A stretch of 64,000 nt of DNA from NCBI GenBank assembly GCA_965228895.1, contig OZ245842.1, forward strand, positions 1,248,001-1,312,000, read 5' to 3'. This document shows, one piece after another, positions 11,100 to 21,257 of this stretch. The notes beneath the pieces are model-generated. The model saw only the letters and a program-made list of their open reading frames with translations, made no database searches and was not told where the DNA came from. The position numbers and the translations under genes were made by a program. The stretch is from Alphaproteobacteria bacterium. GTDB taxonomy: Bacteria > Pseudomonadota > Alphaproteobacteria > SP197. Positions within the stretch are counted from its first letter, which is position 1, and every line of letters starts with the position of its first letter.

Positions 11100-12065
11100 A
11101 TGAGCACCTTAAGGTCAAGGGCGATGGTCAACGCTGCTGACAAAGAAGAAATAAAGACTGAAGTGCCACTGGTTAGCGTTGGCTTGCCGGTTTTTAATGG
11201 CGAGAACTATCTGCGCCAGTCTATTCAGTCTATCCTTGACCAAACATTTCAAGATTTTGAGCTGATTATCTCGGACAACTGCTCGACCGACGGGACCGAG
11301 GCCATCTGTCGCGAATTTGCTGCCAAGTCCGACAAAATTCGCTACTACCGGCAGGCGGAGAATGTTGGCGCTTCCGCCAATTTCGATTTCACATACCTTC
11401 AGGCACGAGGGAAGTACTTTAAGTGGCAAGGTCACGATGACTATGCCTATCCAGAATTTTTGGAGAAGTGTCTGAAACGACTTCTGGATGAGCCGGACGC
11501 TATTTTGTGTCAATCCAACGTTGCGATTGTCGATTCTCATGACGAATTGATCACCGTCGAGGCGCATGAGGCCCGCGGAACCACAAGCGATGATCCCATC
11601 AAACGATTCGCCGGCCGGCTGAGCAACCCACGATGCACCGAGATCTTTGCGGTGTTCCCGACCGCCGTACTCAAGGATACCGAGCGATTGGGAGCGTTCG
11701 CGAGCAGCGATCGCTGCCTTTTGTCTCAGCTTGCCCTGAAAGGGCGTTTTCTTGATGTGCCCGAGGTGCTCTTTGCGTTTCGCATTCATCCCGAGCAGTT
11801 TTCGACGAATGTCATGCGTCGCGGCAACTTCATGTATTGGTTCGACCCGAACCGCGCGGATTGGCCAACCATGCGTCACTGGACGCATTTCCTGCGCTGT
11901 ATCCGCTATCTCAACACCGAAGACTTGAGCGCTTGGAACCGTGTTCGCGGATTTGCCGCACTGTTTCGCGCGCAGATTAAGTTCAAGAGCTTGCGTGCCT
12001 ATTTTCGCGAGAGCGGCCGTATGGCGAAGTATGGTGCGCGCAGACTGCTGGCCAAGTTGACGTAG
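11100..12065 (+). CDS. Glycosyltransferase family 2
   Basis: VSVGLPVFNGE, IISDNCSTDGT, YFKWQGHDD. Confidence 0.92.
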   Translation: MSTLRSRAMVNAADKEEIKTEVPLVSVGLPVFNGENYLRQSIQSILDQTFQDFELIISDNCSTDGTEAICREFAAKSDKIRYYRQAENVGASANFDFTYLQARGKYFKWQGHDDYAYPEFLEKCLKRLLDEPDAILCQSNVAIVDSHDELITVEAHEARGTTSDDPIKRFAGRLSNPRCTEIFAVFPTAVLKDTERLGAFASSDRCLLSQLALKGRFLDVPEVLFAFRIHPEQFSTNVMRRGNFMYWFDPNRADWPTMRHWTHFLRCIRYLNTEDLSAWNRVRGFAALFRAQIKFKSLRAYFRESGRMAKYGARRLLAKLT

Positions 12066-12077
12066 TTCTTTCGGCCG

Positions 12078-13004
12078 CTAGACGAACCACTTCTTCCAGT
12101 TAAGCGGCGAACGCGCTGGGTTCTGCGGTTGATAGCCTTCATGAACCAGGCAGTCGCGGGCAACCGATTCAAACTCGCCGATTTCGTTGGGTGTTAGGCT
12201 GGTTTGCCACGCCGTGATGCGGTCAGCCAGCGGCGCTTTGTTGACGTTTCTGTGCAACTCAGGCTGATACCTCTCGGCGATCTCGTACGTGCGCGGCTGA
12301 TCGGATTTTTCCGTCGGTTTGACATCGAGGAACTCGGCGATCTCAGACATCGTGCGTTCCGTCTCGCGAATGAGCGTCTCGTAATTGACGATCAGAACGC
12401 CGCGATGGTCGAGCTCCAATTCGCGAAGCAGCATCGTGGTCTTGACCCACCGCTTGGCCGCGATCTTAGGATCCTTGGCCATTGTTTGGCCGTTGCGTGA
12501 GGTAATCGCGCGCTTCTTCGAGTGAAACACAGCGCGTCCGTCTCTGATCAGGCCAATGAACTTGGCCGACGGAAACATCCTTAGGATCTCACGGTAATCG
12601 TGAACATACTTGCCGTTCTTGATGCCGTAACGAAAGTGATTTGGGACAAGCTGCTCACGATAGTGATTCAGAATCAGGCGGACTGCATCGGCCAGCGTCA
12701 ACGGTGCGTGTTCGCCCAGCAGTGCGCGCAACACCGGATAGCTTATCTTGAGATCGGCAAACTTTCGATCGGACGTAATCGTCACAGCAAGAGAGTCCAA
12801 CTGCGCCTCGGTCTCAAACGTGATGAAGCCGAAGTTCTCGAGCGTGTCTGTGATGAAGTTCGTCTCGGGCGTGATAACGACCTGAAACCTCTTAGACAGC
12901 TCGTTGGCGAGGAATGTCGATCCCGAACGAGAATCATAGAGTATAAAGAACGGATCTTCTTCGATCATGCGCTCGGTGCTCATAACAACCCGACTAACCA
13001 TCAA
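12078..13004 (-). CDS. PAPS-dependent sulfotransferase
   Basis: 5'-PSB loop SRSGSTFL, 3'-PB motif LIRDGRAVFHS, YETLI. Confidence 0.85.
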   Translation of the reverse strand: MMVSRVVMSTERMIEEDPFFILYDSRSGSTFLANELSKRFQVVITPETNFITDTLENFGFITFETEAQLDSLAVTITSDRKFADLKISYPVLRALLGEHAPLTLADAVRLILNHYREQLVPNHFRYGIKNGKYVHDYREILRMFPSAKFIGLIRDGRAVFHSKKRAITSRNGQTMAKDPKIAAKRWVKTTMLLRELELDHRGVLIVNYETLIRETERTMSEIAEFLDVKPTEKSDQPRTYEIAERYQPELHRNVNKAPLADRITAWQTSLTPNEIGEFESVARDCLVHEGYQPQNPARSPLNWKKWFV

Positions 13005-14010
13005 CTCATTCCATTCCTTGGCCGCTCGACCATCCCAGCCAACAGCGTCAACTAAGTCGGCGCCGCATCGCGTTGGGCCGGGGCATGTATGACCCGTCCA
13101 GCCGGGTCCTGGCCATGTCGACAGACGGCCAAAGGCGACTTGATGCCGGTTCGCTCGGTGCTGGTATGGTGGTCAAATCATCTTCCCCCATTGGTCTGTT
13201 GAGACAGTGACTTCGTTGATCCCTCTGGTGGATCAACAATTACTGCGAGCAGACCCGATAAGCAGGATGTCGGTAACGCGAACTTCGGCTATCCGCACAA
13301 ACGCTCTGTCCTGTCGACCTTTGCGAGCCGCCCACGACTATCCGATTGTCTCAGGCACTCTAGCACCACATACCTCACTGTCTGAAAACCACGTCTCAGC
13401 GAGGTCTTTCTTTTACCTCTTATGGATATAATACCAATTTAGAGGTATAGATCGCCACCCCGAAATGGAAATTTTTTGCTGGTTATCGCTACCTGGCGTT
13501 CCACAAGCGTCGGAAACATATGAATTTTTCATGCCTGTATCGTTTTGGCCCGGTTGAACTCGGCTTCCGATGATCGCTTTTCGCCTACAAATTCGGCCAT
13601 ACGGTGTTCTAGACGCTGGGTTTCGGGACCGAGTTTCTTGTCATCGGCCGAACAGGCGGCTTAGCCGGACGGCCGAACCCCTAAGTGACGCGGTTCAGGA
13701 GAGTTGTGACCAATCTGATTCTCTATGGAAATGCACTATTCTTGGTGCGAACTGGCGTATGCCCGTCAGCCGGACCGCACATGTGAACAATCTGACGCCA
13801 CAGCGATCGCACGCACATCCAGCCTATGGCCCGTGCAGATCTGGCAGCTCTGAATCAGGCTCGCGAGCGATAGGATCACACGGCGACGTGGGCCGCCTAA
13901 GCCTCCCGCCGACGTACTCTCGTCATCATGGCGGGATATCGACGGCCGGTCGATCGACGGGCTGTCGCGTGTTTCATAAGGTCGCGTCGCGTGAATTGTC
14001 GGAGTAACCC

Positions 14011-14877
14011 GTGACGGACGATATGATCGTTGGTGCTCGCTCTCGTGCAACGGATGATGCGACCAGCACTGCGCCAAACAAGGCGATCAGCCGCGCCATT
14101 CTGCTCAACTGTTTCGGTCGCGGCGGTTCAAGCATCGTTTGGAACATGGTTGGGAGTTCGCCGGACGTCCTGATGCCGTCCAGCGAATGGCACGAGGGGT
14201 TTTACGGCCGGTGGCACATCCTCAGTAGATTGCTGCGACGCGTCGATCGATCGTTGCGCATCGATGTGCCGACGCTAAGACCGCTTTCAGGCTTGGCATA
14301 CCGACGCGCGTGGGCGTCGGTGTCGTCGGATGAGCGAAATGCCAAACCATGTGCTTCGTCGATTGTTTTGAAGGTCATGGACTATCACATCGCGATGAAC
14401 CCGACGGTTGCGGCAGGCTTCGCGGAAGTGAACCAGATTGTTCTTGTCCGTCATCCGCTGGCGCAGTGTGAGAGTCTGTTACGCACCGGCTTGCATCTTC
14501 ACCAGGCGACAACATGGTATGTCGACGTGATGACGCGGATGACGAAGCTGGCGCGGTCGCCAGGTGCGATTGTCTGCCGATTTGACGACGTCGTCCGCGA
14601 CCCGTTCGCTGAGCGCGATGCGATCTATCGGCAGCTCGCAGTGTCGTATCCGAATCCCGATGGCTTCAGACTTAAGCGTAAGAAGTTCGGGAACGAGCGA
14701 ACGCCGGACGTCAAACATGCCTTGGGTGACTATGTCGACGTGACCTCCGACAACGTGGCCGACCTTATTGCCAAGGACGTCAACGAACGGTCCATAGCGA
14801 GGCTGTCCGACGGTGATCGCGCAAGGATCTGGCAAGCAACGGGTGAGGTCGCGTCAGAGTTCGGATACCGGCCCTGA
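14011..14877 (+). CDS. Sulfotransferase-family protein
   Basis: GRGGSS PSB-like loop, LVRHPLAQCES, RFDDVVRDP, C-terminal FGY. Confidence 0.72.
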   Translation: MTDDMIVGARSRATDDATSTAPNKAISRAILLNCFGRGGSSIVWNMVGSSPDVLMPSSEWHEGFYGRWHILSRLLRRVDRSLRIDVPTLRPLSGLAYRRAWASVSSDERNAKPCASSIVLKVMDYHIAMNPTVAAGFAEVNQIVLVRHPLAQCESLLRTGLHLHQATTWYVDVMTRMTKLARSPGAIVCRFDDVVRDPFAERDAIYRQLAVSYPNPDGFRLKRKKFGNERTPDVKHALGDYVDVTSDNVADLIAKDVNERSIARLSDGDRARIWQATGEVASEFGYRP

Positions 14878-15029
14878 CGGGGTTTCTCTGCAGGGTTAAG
14901 GCATCACGTCGGTTTTCTTGACGGGCCAAACAATCACGTGGAGCCGGGCGGTGTATATCGGTGCCACATGAAGCGCACCGGAACGCCGCTGGTCAGCTTC
15001 GACTGATCGGTGTCGACGTCCCCGGCTTG

Positions 15030-16325
15030 TCAGATGGGAAACAGGGCGTCTTGCTCGGCGCGTAACCTGACCATCAGACTATCGGCCCGCAGCGTAACGT
15101 CATCGTAGGTGAGGGCGCGATCCTTCAAGACGTCCTGCTTCAGCACGGCGCCCTCGACCAAGCCGAAAGGCAGCAGCCGATCGCGCCGAACGATGTCGTA
15201 GTTCTCGCACAGGCCGTACGACAGGTAACCGCCAAGACCATCCAGCGTCTCGCCGCTCTTCAGGTCGCGCTTTGCTGTGGCGACGACGTCCACCACCGGC
15301 GCACCGCGCGCGGCGATAATGACATCGTTTGCCAAAGCGACACGAGCGGCGGAAAGGGGCACTTCGAAGATCATGAGATGGTAAGGCACGTAGAAACTGT
15401 ACAACGGTCCTTCACCAAGTTTGGCGTAGTTCAGGTAGTGCCGTTGCATGTCGTCCTGGGCCTCGGCAAAAATGAAAACGCCGGGGCTAGGTTCGGCACC
15501 CAGGACATAGTCGACAATGCCACCCAGCTCTTTGATGCGGTCGATGTCGTAGCTGTCGACCAGCTCATTGACGTGGCCGTCTAACTCAAGGCCGATCATG
15601 CCCCGCTGCGCGACCTGCATGCCTGTCGCGTTGCCCACGATGGCTTGCTCGAACGCGATTTTTGTCCCGTCGGCGAAACTTGTGACCATGTGCGGCGTCT
15701 GGTCCCATTGCTTGGCAAACTTGGCTTGTGTGGTCGGGTTGCGGTAATGGTCGAGCAGGCCCTTGATGTTGCCGCATACCAGAGGGCGCAGGCCGATGCT
15801 TTGAATGAACCTGTAGAGGTTTAACTGAACGCCCGGCTGATCGCCATCGCAGCCGGTCAGAATGACGCCCGCCTGATCGGCACGGTGTTTGAGCAACGGC
15901 CCGATGGAGCCATCGAGCTCGGCGTTCATCAGCACCATGGACTTACCGTTCTCGATCGCTGTCATGACCACCTGGGCGCCATAGGCAATGTGGCCCGTGG
16001 CTTCGATCAGCACTTCTACCTGACCGGCGGCGCAGATCGCAGCGAGGTCGTCGGTGAGCGCCGTTTTGCCTGTCTCAATGGCCCGATCGATGGATTCCGC
16101 ACTGTTTGCTTCCATGATGTCGCCGGCGTCCACACCAGCGTTCTGCAGCGCCTTTCGTGCCGTCGCCAACGTTCGATTACAGAGTGCCGCGACACGCATG
16201 CCCGGCATGTAACGGACGATCTGATTGATGAAACCACGGCTCATCGAGCCAGCGCCAATGACACCAACCCTTAGTGGGTTGTGCGCGCGCGCTCTTTCGG
16301 CAAGAAGCGTATCGACAATAACCAT
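15030..16325 (-). CDS. NAD(P)-dependent oxidoreductase with C-terminal SAF domain (homoserine-dehydrogenase-like)
   Basis: GVIGAG Rossmann motif, MNAELD, DGDQPG, SFADGTK, SAF motif AKRDLKSGETLDGLGGY. Confidence 0.85.
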   Translation of the reverse strand: MVIVDTLLAERARAHNPLRVGVIGAGSMSRGFINQIVRYMPGMRVAALCNRTLATARKALQNAGVDAGDIMEANSAESIDRAIETGKTALTDDLAAICAAGQVEVLIEATGHIAYGAQVVMTAIENGKSMVLMNAELDGSIGPLLKHRADQAGVILTGCDGDQPGVQLNLYRFIQSIGLRPLVCGNIKGLLDHYRNPTTQAKFAKQWDQTPHMVTSFADGTKIAFEQAIVGNATGMQVAQRGMIGLELDGHVNELVDSYDIDRIKELGGIVDYVLGAEPSPGVFIFAEAQDDMQRHYLNYAKLGEGPLYSFYVPYHLMIFEVPLSAARVALANDVIIAARGAPVVDVVATAKRDLKSGETLDGLGGYLSYGLCENYDIVRRDRLLPFGLVEGAVLKQDVLKDRALTYDDVTLRADSLMVRLRAEQDALFPI

Positions 16326-16411
16326 TTCAGGCTCCGGTCATCAAAAATGGATCATCAACGCCGCCTTCATGTCGACGAGACGGAGCGGCCGATGTTCAGC
16401 CGAGTGTTGGC

Positions 16412-17203
16412 CTACGTGTGATGCGACGTCGTTTCGTCCCAAACCTGCCATGGCGGGTGTTCGGAGGCCCACTGTTCCTCAAGAACTTTTCTGTCCCTTA
16501 GCGTGTCCATGTTCTGCCAGTAGCCATCATGGACGTAGGCAGCCAGTTTTCCGCGCTGGACTAACTGCTCCATCGGTTCGCGCTCCCACACGGTGTCGTC
16601 ACCGTCGATCAGATCGAAAACCTCGGGTTCGAGAACAAAGAAACCGCCGTTGATGTAGGCGCCGTCGCCGGTCGGCTTTTCGCGAAAGTTGACGATCTTT
16701 TCGTCCTTGATCTGCAGGGCGCCGAAACGGCCGGGCTGTTGCACGGCCGTCAGCGTCGCCCAAGCGGCGGACTTCTTGTGAAAATCGATGAGTTTGTTGA
16801 TGTCGAGGTCGCTCACGCCATCGCCATAGGTCAGGCAGAAGGTTTCGTCACCAACGAAGTCGCGTACGCGTTTCAGTCGGCCGCCGGTCATGGTGTTCAG
16901 GCCGGTGTGGATGCAGGTGACGGTCCAGTCCTCACCCGGTTCTGAATGAGCCTCTAGCGTGTTGTTCTTCAAATCAAACGTCATGTCCGCGTTACGAACA
17001 AAGTATTCCGCGAAATACTGTTTGATCAGATGGCCTTTGTAGCCGCAACAAACGACAAATTCGTTGAGCCCGTATGCCGCATAGATCTTCATGATGTGCC
17101 ACAAGATCGGCTGTTCACCAATGTTGATCAGCGGCTTCGGCATTGTACCGCTGGCTTCCGAGATGCGGGTGCCGAAACCACCTGCTAAGACGACGACTTT
17201 CAA
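16412..17203 (-). CDS. rfbF: Glucose-1-phosphate cytidylyltransferase
   Basis: LAGGFGTRISE, PKPL, TMTGGRLKR, TYGDGVSD, INGGFFV, WQNMDTLRD; TTG start. Confidence 0.93.
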   Translation of the reverse strand: MKVVVLAGGFGTRISEASGTMPKPLINIGEQPILWHIMKIYAAYGLNEFVVCCGYKGHLIKQYFAEYFVRNADMTFDLKNNTLEAHSEPGEDWTVTCIHTGLNTMTGGRLKRVRDFVGDETFCLTYGDGVSDLDINKLIDFHKKSAAWATLTAVQQPGRFGALQIKDEKIVNFREKPTGDGAYINGGFFVLEPEVFDLIDGDDTVWEREPMEQLVQRGKLAAYVHDGYWQNMDTLRDRKVLEEQWASEHPPWQVWDETTSHHT

Positions 17204-17389
17204 CGTGTGGCCCCTTTGCCCAAGTTTTGAATAAGCATAAGTCTAGTTCTCACTGTTCGATCGACATGATTGTAGCGGGAAAAGATTGCCGCACCATTTC
17301 ATTTCTAAGTGCCGTACTGGGTGCGCTCTGACTTGGCTGATTACCCAACAGGATACATCGAACGACCGATAACTTCTGTTATCCGGGCG

Positions 17390-18475
17390 CTAGGATGCAG
17401 CAGCTTGGTATTGGTTGATCTCTGCCAGGGTGACAGAGCCCATGTCGGCGCCGTCGAGCCACTGGCGGAACCACGAGGCGACCGACGCGATGGCAACGCG
17501 ACCGACCAACGCGTCATCCCAACCTAAGGTGCACCGTGCCAAAGACGCATCGATCTGAAGATAGGGCGCCTCGATTGACCCCGGAACCGGCTTGACCTCA
17601 ACCTGCGGGCAGCCATTGGCGGTGACATGGCCTAGTGCGGTGAGCAGCGTTTCGGCAAAGACGCGAACCGGCAAATCTTCAGACGACCGCGGCCCGATGT
17701 TCAGCGTCCTCGGGCAAGTGGGATCTTCGGACAGTGTCTCGGCGAACAGAAGATAACCGCACAGGCAGTCAAGCGCATGCTGCCATGGGCGGGTGGCCTC
17801 GGGATGCCGAAGTGTTAGCGGTTCTCCGTCGAGTGCCGCGCGAACACAGTCCGGGGCAATGCGATCGGTGGCGAAGTCGCCACCGCCAATCACATTGCCG
17901 CCACGCGACGTGGCGACGCGAATGCCTTCTCGTTCGAAGAAGCTTTGAGCGTATGTATGGGCGACGTGTTCCGCTGCCGCCTTGGATGCCGAGTATGGAT
18001 CTTTGCCGCCCAAGGGAGCTGACTCCTTAAACGCGTGTCCACAGCCATTGTTCCAGTAGACCTTGTCCGATGTGACAACCAGGACTGTCTGAAGGTCGGG
18101 TTGTCCACGCAGAGCATCCAGAAGATTGACCAGTCCGATCACGTTGGTGTCGAACGTTTCCGTCGGGTCTTCAAGCGAGCGGCGCACGAGAGCCTGCGCA
18201 GCAAGATGGAGCACAATTTCCGGACGAGCATCGTTCACGGCGTTGGCGACGGCACACGCGTTGCGCAGATCAACGAAGTGACTTTCGCAACTGCCGGCCA
18301 CATTGGCCAAGTCAAACAGATTGGGACCGTCCAGTGGCGGCAACGACAGGGCATAGACATCGGCGCCCAAACGTTTGAGCCAAAGAGCCAACCACGAGCC
18401 CTTGAAGCCGGTGTGCCCGGTCAGCAGCACACGTCGGCCATTCCAAAATTCCTGACTGGGCCGCCGAACGCTCAT
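17390..18475 (-). CDS. rfbG: CDP-glucose 4,6-dehydratase
   Basis: FW..RRVLLTGHTGFKGSWL, HLAAQALVR, TSDKVY, DPYSASKA, GNVIGGGD, RPWQH; GGAGG RBS before 18475. Confidence 0.93.
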   Translation of the reverse strand: MSVRRPSQEFWNGRRVLLTGHTGFKGSWLALWLKRLGADVYALSLPPLDGPNLFDLANVAGSCESHFVDLRNACAVANAVNDARPEIVLHLAAQALVRRSLEDPTETFDTNVIGLVNLLDALRGQPDLQTVLVVTSDKVYWNNGCGHAFKESAPLGGKDPYSASKAAAEHVAHTYAQSFFEREGIRVATSRGGNVIGGGDFATDRIAPDCVRAALDGEPLTLRHPEATRPWQHALDCLCGYLLFAETLSEDPTCPRTLNIGPRSSEDLPVRVFAETLLTALGHVTANGCPQVEVKPVPGSIEAPYLQIDASLARCTLGWDDALVGRVAIASVASWFRQWLDGADMGSVTLAEINQYQAAAS

Positions 18476-18769
18476 GCGGACCTCCGTCGTCTGACGCGAC
18501 ATACATCAAGCTGCCGCGCGATGAGGCAAACATACTGTTTGCCTCATTTTGGACCGGAATACTGTGGTCCCAACACAATACTGTACGCAATTTCCGCAGA
18601 TTACTGCTTTTTCGCCCGCAATGGCCCAACGAACCATCGTGGTGCTCGCGATTTGGCGAACCGCGCCACACTGGGACCGTCTGCGACTCCGTGTGATCAT
18701 GCGGAGTCGAACACGGGGCGTGTGGATCAAAGGCCGAGCACGACACGCGTAAAATGAATCACGAGAGCG

Positions 18770-19384
18770 TTACTCAACCGCGTAGTCGTCGATGGCGGTC
18801 ACATCACACATGACAAGCGCTGCCGCATCGTCGTTGGCTTCGAACCAGCTCTTTGCCCAACGCCTGCCAAGCGCCTTGTCGGCGGCGGACGTCGAATGTT
18901 CGATTAAGGCAATGTTGGTCAGGAACAACAGGTAATTGATCTGGGCATCGCTAGCGGCCTGGCGATCGATACCGCGGGCGCAGGCAAGCGCGACCAACAA
19001 CCATTGATAGACGCGTGCGCGTTTGTCGGTCGCTCCCGACAAGGCCCAATAGGTTGCAAGGTGCCTCTGCGCTGTCGGTCGCGCGGCAAGCGCGGCATCT
19101 TCCAACATGCCGCGGCCCTGCTCGATCTTGTCGGGGTCGCCCGTGAGGATCAATTGAAGCGCAGCGCGCTCGTCCTCGCTTTCGACGATCATCGATTCGA
19201 GAAGCTGATCGAGAGAGACACTGGCGTTTTCCCGCGGTTGCAGTGTCGCGTAAGCGACGACAACCAGCACAGCTGTCGTCGCGGCAACGATGACATAACC
19301 AGCGACCTTCCGGAGCATCGGCAACGTCGCCACGATCGTCGTCAGAGCACGATGCTGCGGCCGGAGCGAAACGTCGCCATACAA
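18770..19384 (-). CDS. Hypothetical membrane-anchored helical protein, degenerate Sel1-like
   Basis: N-terminal TM (VAGYVIVAATTAVLVVVAYA); AQRHLA..W and VYQWLLVA resemble Sel1 helices. Start uncertain. Confidence 0.5.
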   Translation of the reverse strand: MYGDVSLRPQHRALTTIVATLPMLRKVAGYVIVAATTAVLVVVAYATLQPRENASVSLDQLLESMIVESEDERAALQLILTGDPDKIEQGRGMLEDAALAARPTAQRHLATYWALSGATDKRARVYQWLLVALACARGIDRQAASDAQINYLLFLTNIALIEHSTSAADKALGRRWAKSWFEANDDAAALVMCDVTAIDDYAVE

Positions 19385-19541
19385 CGCTGGCGGGACTTAC
19401 GATAAGTTGGATTCAATGCGCTCTCGGACGTAGAAGACTGAACCGCAGAACAATAGACCAAAACGACCGGAAATACGACCGAGGCAGCGAGCAGACGAAC
19501 GTTCGATCGCATTGGAACGTGATGACTGTGCGAACGGACCG

Positions 19542-21257
19542 TCAGACTTTCTGATAGACGCGCACGTAGTCGAGCGTGAACTCATAAATGCCGTCGACCT
19601 TGTCGATCTCATCGCCGTTCAAGGCGAGATCGACCAGGATAAAGACCTCTTGTTTGGCCTCAGGCGGCGTCGGGAAACGGGCGAGCTCCAGGTTGTCGAA
19701 ATAGAACTTCACCCACGTCTCATCGATCATCATGCCATAGAGGTGGTACTGATCATCGAACAAGTTCACATCCTGACCCATGCGGCTGGCTTTCAGGCCG
19801 GTGTAGTTCGATACCCAACGGTGACGCTCGGTGCGACCGGCGACGAGGCGCTTGGCGGGCCAATTGTGATAGGCGTGATGGTGGCCTTTGGGATCTGAGT
19901 TATAGCCCTCGTAGACATCCAGCTCTAACCGCGACTCGGTCAACCGGAAGTACTCGTTGACCGACTTGACCCAGAAGGCGGGCCATGCGCCGAAGCCGTT
20001 GCCGGCCGTTGCGCGAGCCCGACATTCAAAGTAGCCATACTTCCAGGTGTTGCCGTGGCCGTTCAGGTTGACCGACGTGAAGATACCCGATGACCAACCG
20101 CGATCGTCTTTTTGCATGCGGATCGTCAGTTCGCTGCCGGATTGAATGAAGGCCGGCGGATCGTCGTCGACACGCGCCATACGCGCGTCGCCCGTGCCGC
20201 GGCCGTGAACCGGTGACCACCATGGTCCGGTGCCGACCACCTCATCGGTAATCGACATCGTCGTGAAGTGATCCTCGAACACCTTCTGATAGCCGGTCAG
20301 ATCGAGGGGTTCCAGGATGGCCTGTTCAAGGGTTTGGCTGACATCGTCGCCATCCCAATAGGTCTTGACCCGGGCCCAGTCTTCTTCGGAGCTTTCGATA
20401 TGAGGCGCTTCTTCATCGGAAGGTTCCCAAACCGGCGGCGCGTCGCGATAGGGATGGTCGACCGGCAACTGCGCTTGGGCGCCGCGTTTCCACATGGCCC
20501 AGCCCATGAACTTCTCGGCTTGCGTCTTCGTCAACTGGTCCTGCAACAAGAACACACAGTCGACGGCCCACGGGATCGAGTTATCGCGGTTGTCGCCGAT
20601 CAGACCAGACTTTTCCCGGTTACTTCGGCCCAGGCAGATGTCCGAACCCGTCTCGATCTCCGGTGCACCATCCAACGATGCGTAGTGAACACCGTCGAAC
20701 CGGCGCGAGACGAGGCAGTGCCAGTCATCCGCTCCGCCTTCGGGAGTCAGTCTGATGTTGTTGCCCGATACCGGATCGGCCCACAGAACCGAAATCGTGC
20801 CCTCTTTGTACGCCACGGCCGGATGACGTGTGTGGACACCACCGAGCCCGTTGATATGAAAGATCGTGCCATCGCGCCGGCCGACTGCCTCCAGGTCGGC
20901 ACGAAACAGAATCACGAGCGCCCGGTGCGCGATGTAGGAACGCTTTTGAAACGGCACGATGAGGTTCTTCTTGCCGCCGGCAAAGGCGATCTCACCCGAC
21001 GCCAGTTTTGTCGGCCTAAGGTCGCTCTCTGGTTGTTCGGCGACCACGCCGCCCATGCGGTCGGTCCACGACGCGACTTGACCTTCCGGCACGTCCTCGG
21101 CGCGCCACGTCAACCACAGCCGCTCGCCGAGCATCTCTGGTTGCCACGGATCGCCAACGGTCGGTTCTTCCTGTGCAAAAGCGCCGGCGGGGCTCAACCC
21201 CAGATACGCCATGGCGGACAGTATTGACCGCCTGGTCACCGAGTATGCGCTGGCCAT
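19542..21257 (-). CDS. Tat-exported GH16 glycoside hydrolase with N-terminal LamG/ConA-like domain
   Basis: TRRSIL twin-arginine signal ending AFA; YGYFECR, WPAFW and catalytic ELDVYE (ExDxxE); N-terminal beta domain ending WAMWKRGAQAQLPVDHPY. Confidence 0.85.
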   Translation of the reverse strand: MASAYSVTRRSILSAMAYLGLSPAGAFAQEEPTVGDPWQPEMLGERLWLTWRAEDVPEGQVASWTDRMGGVVAEQPESDLRPTKLASGEIAFAGGKKNLIVPFQKRSYIAHRALVILFRADLEAVGRRDGTIFHINGLGGVHTRHPAVAYKEGTISVLWADPVSGNNIRLTPEGGADDWHCLVSRRFDGVHYASLDGAPEIETGSDICLGRSNREKSGLIGDNRDNSIPWAVDCVFLLQDQLTKTQAEKFMGWAMWKRGAQAQLPVDHPYRDAPPVWEPSDEEAPHIESSEEDWARVKTYWDGDDVSQTLEQAILEPLDLTGYQKVFEDHFTTMSITDEVVGTGPWWSPVHGRGTGDARMARVDDDPPAFIQSGSELTIRMQKDDRGWSSGIFTSVNLNGHGNTWKYGYFECRARATAGNGFGAWPAFWVKSVNEYFRLTESRLELDVYEGYNSDPKGHHHAYHNWPAKRLVAGRTERHRWVSNYTGLKASRMGQDVNLFDDQYHLYGMMIDETWVKFYFDNLELARFPTPPEAKQEVFILVDLALNGDEIDKVDGIYEFTLDYVRVYQKV

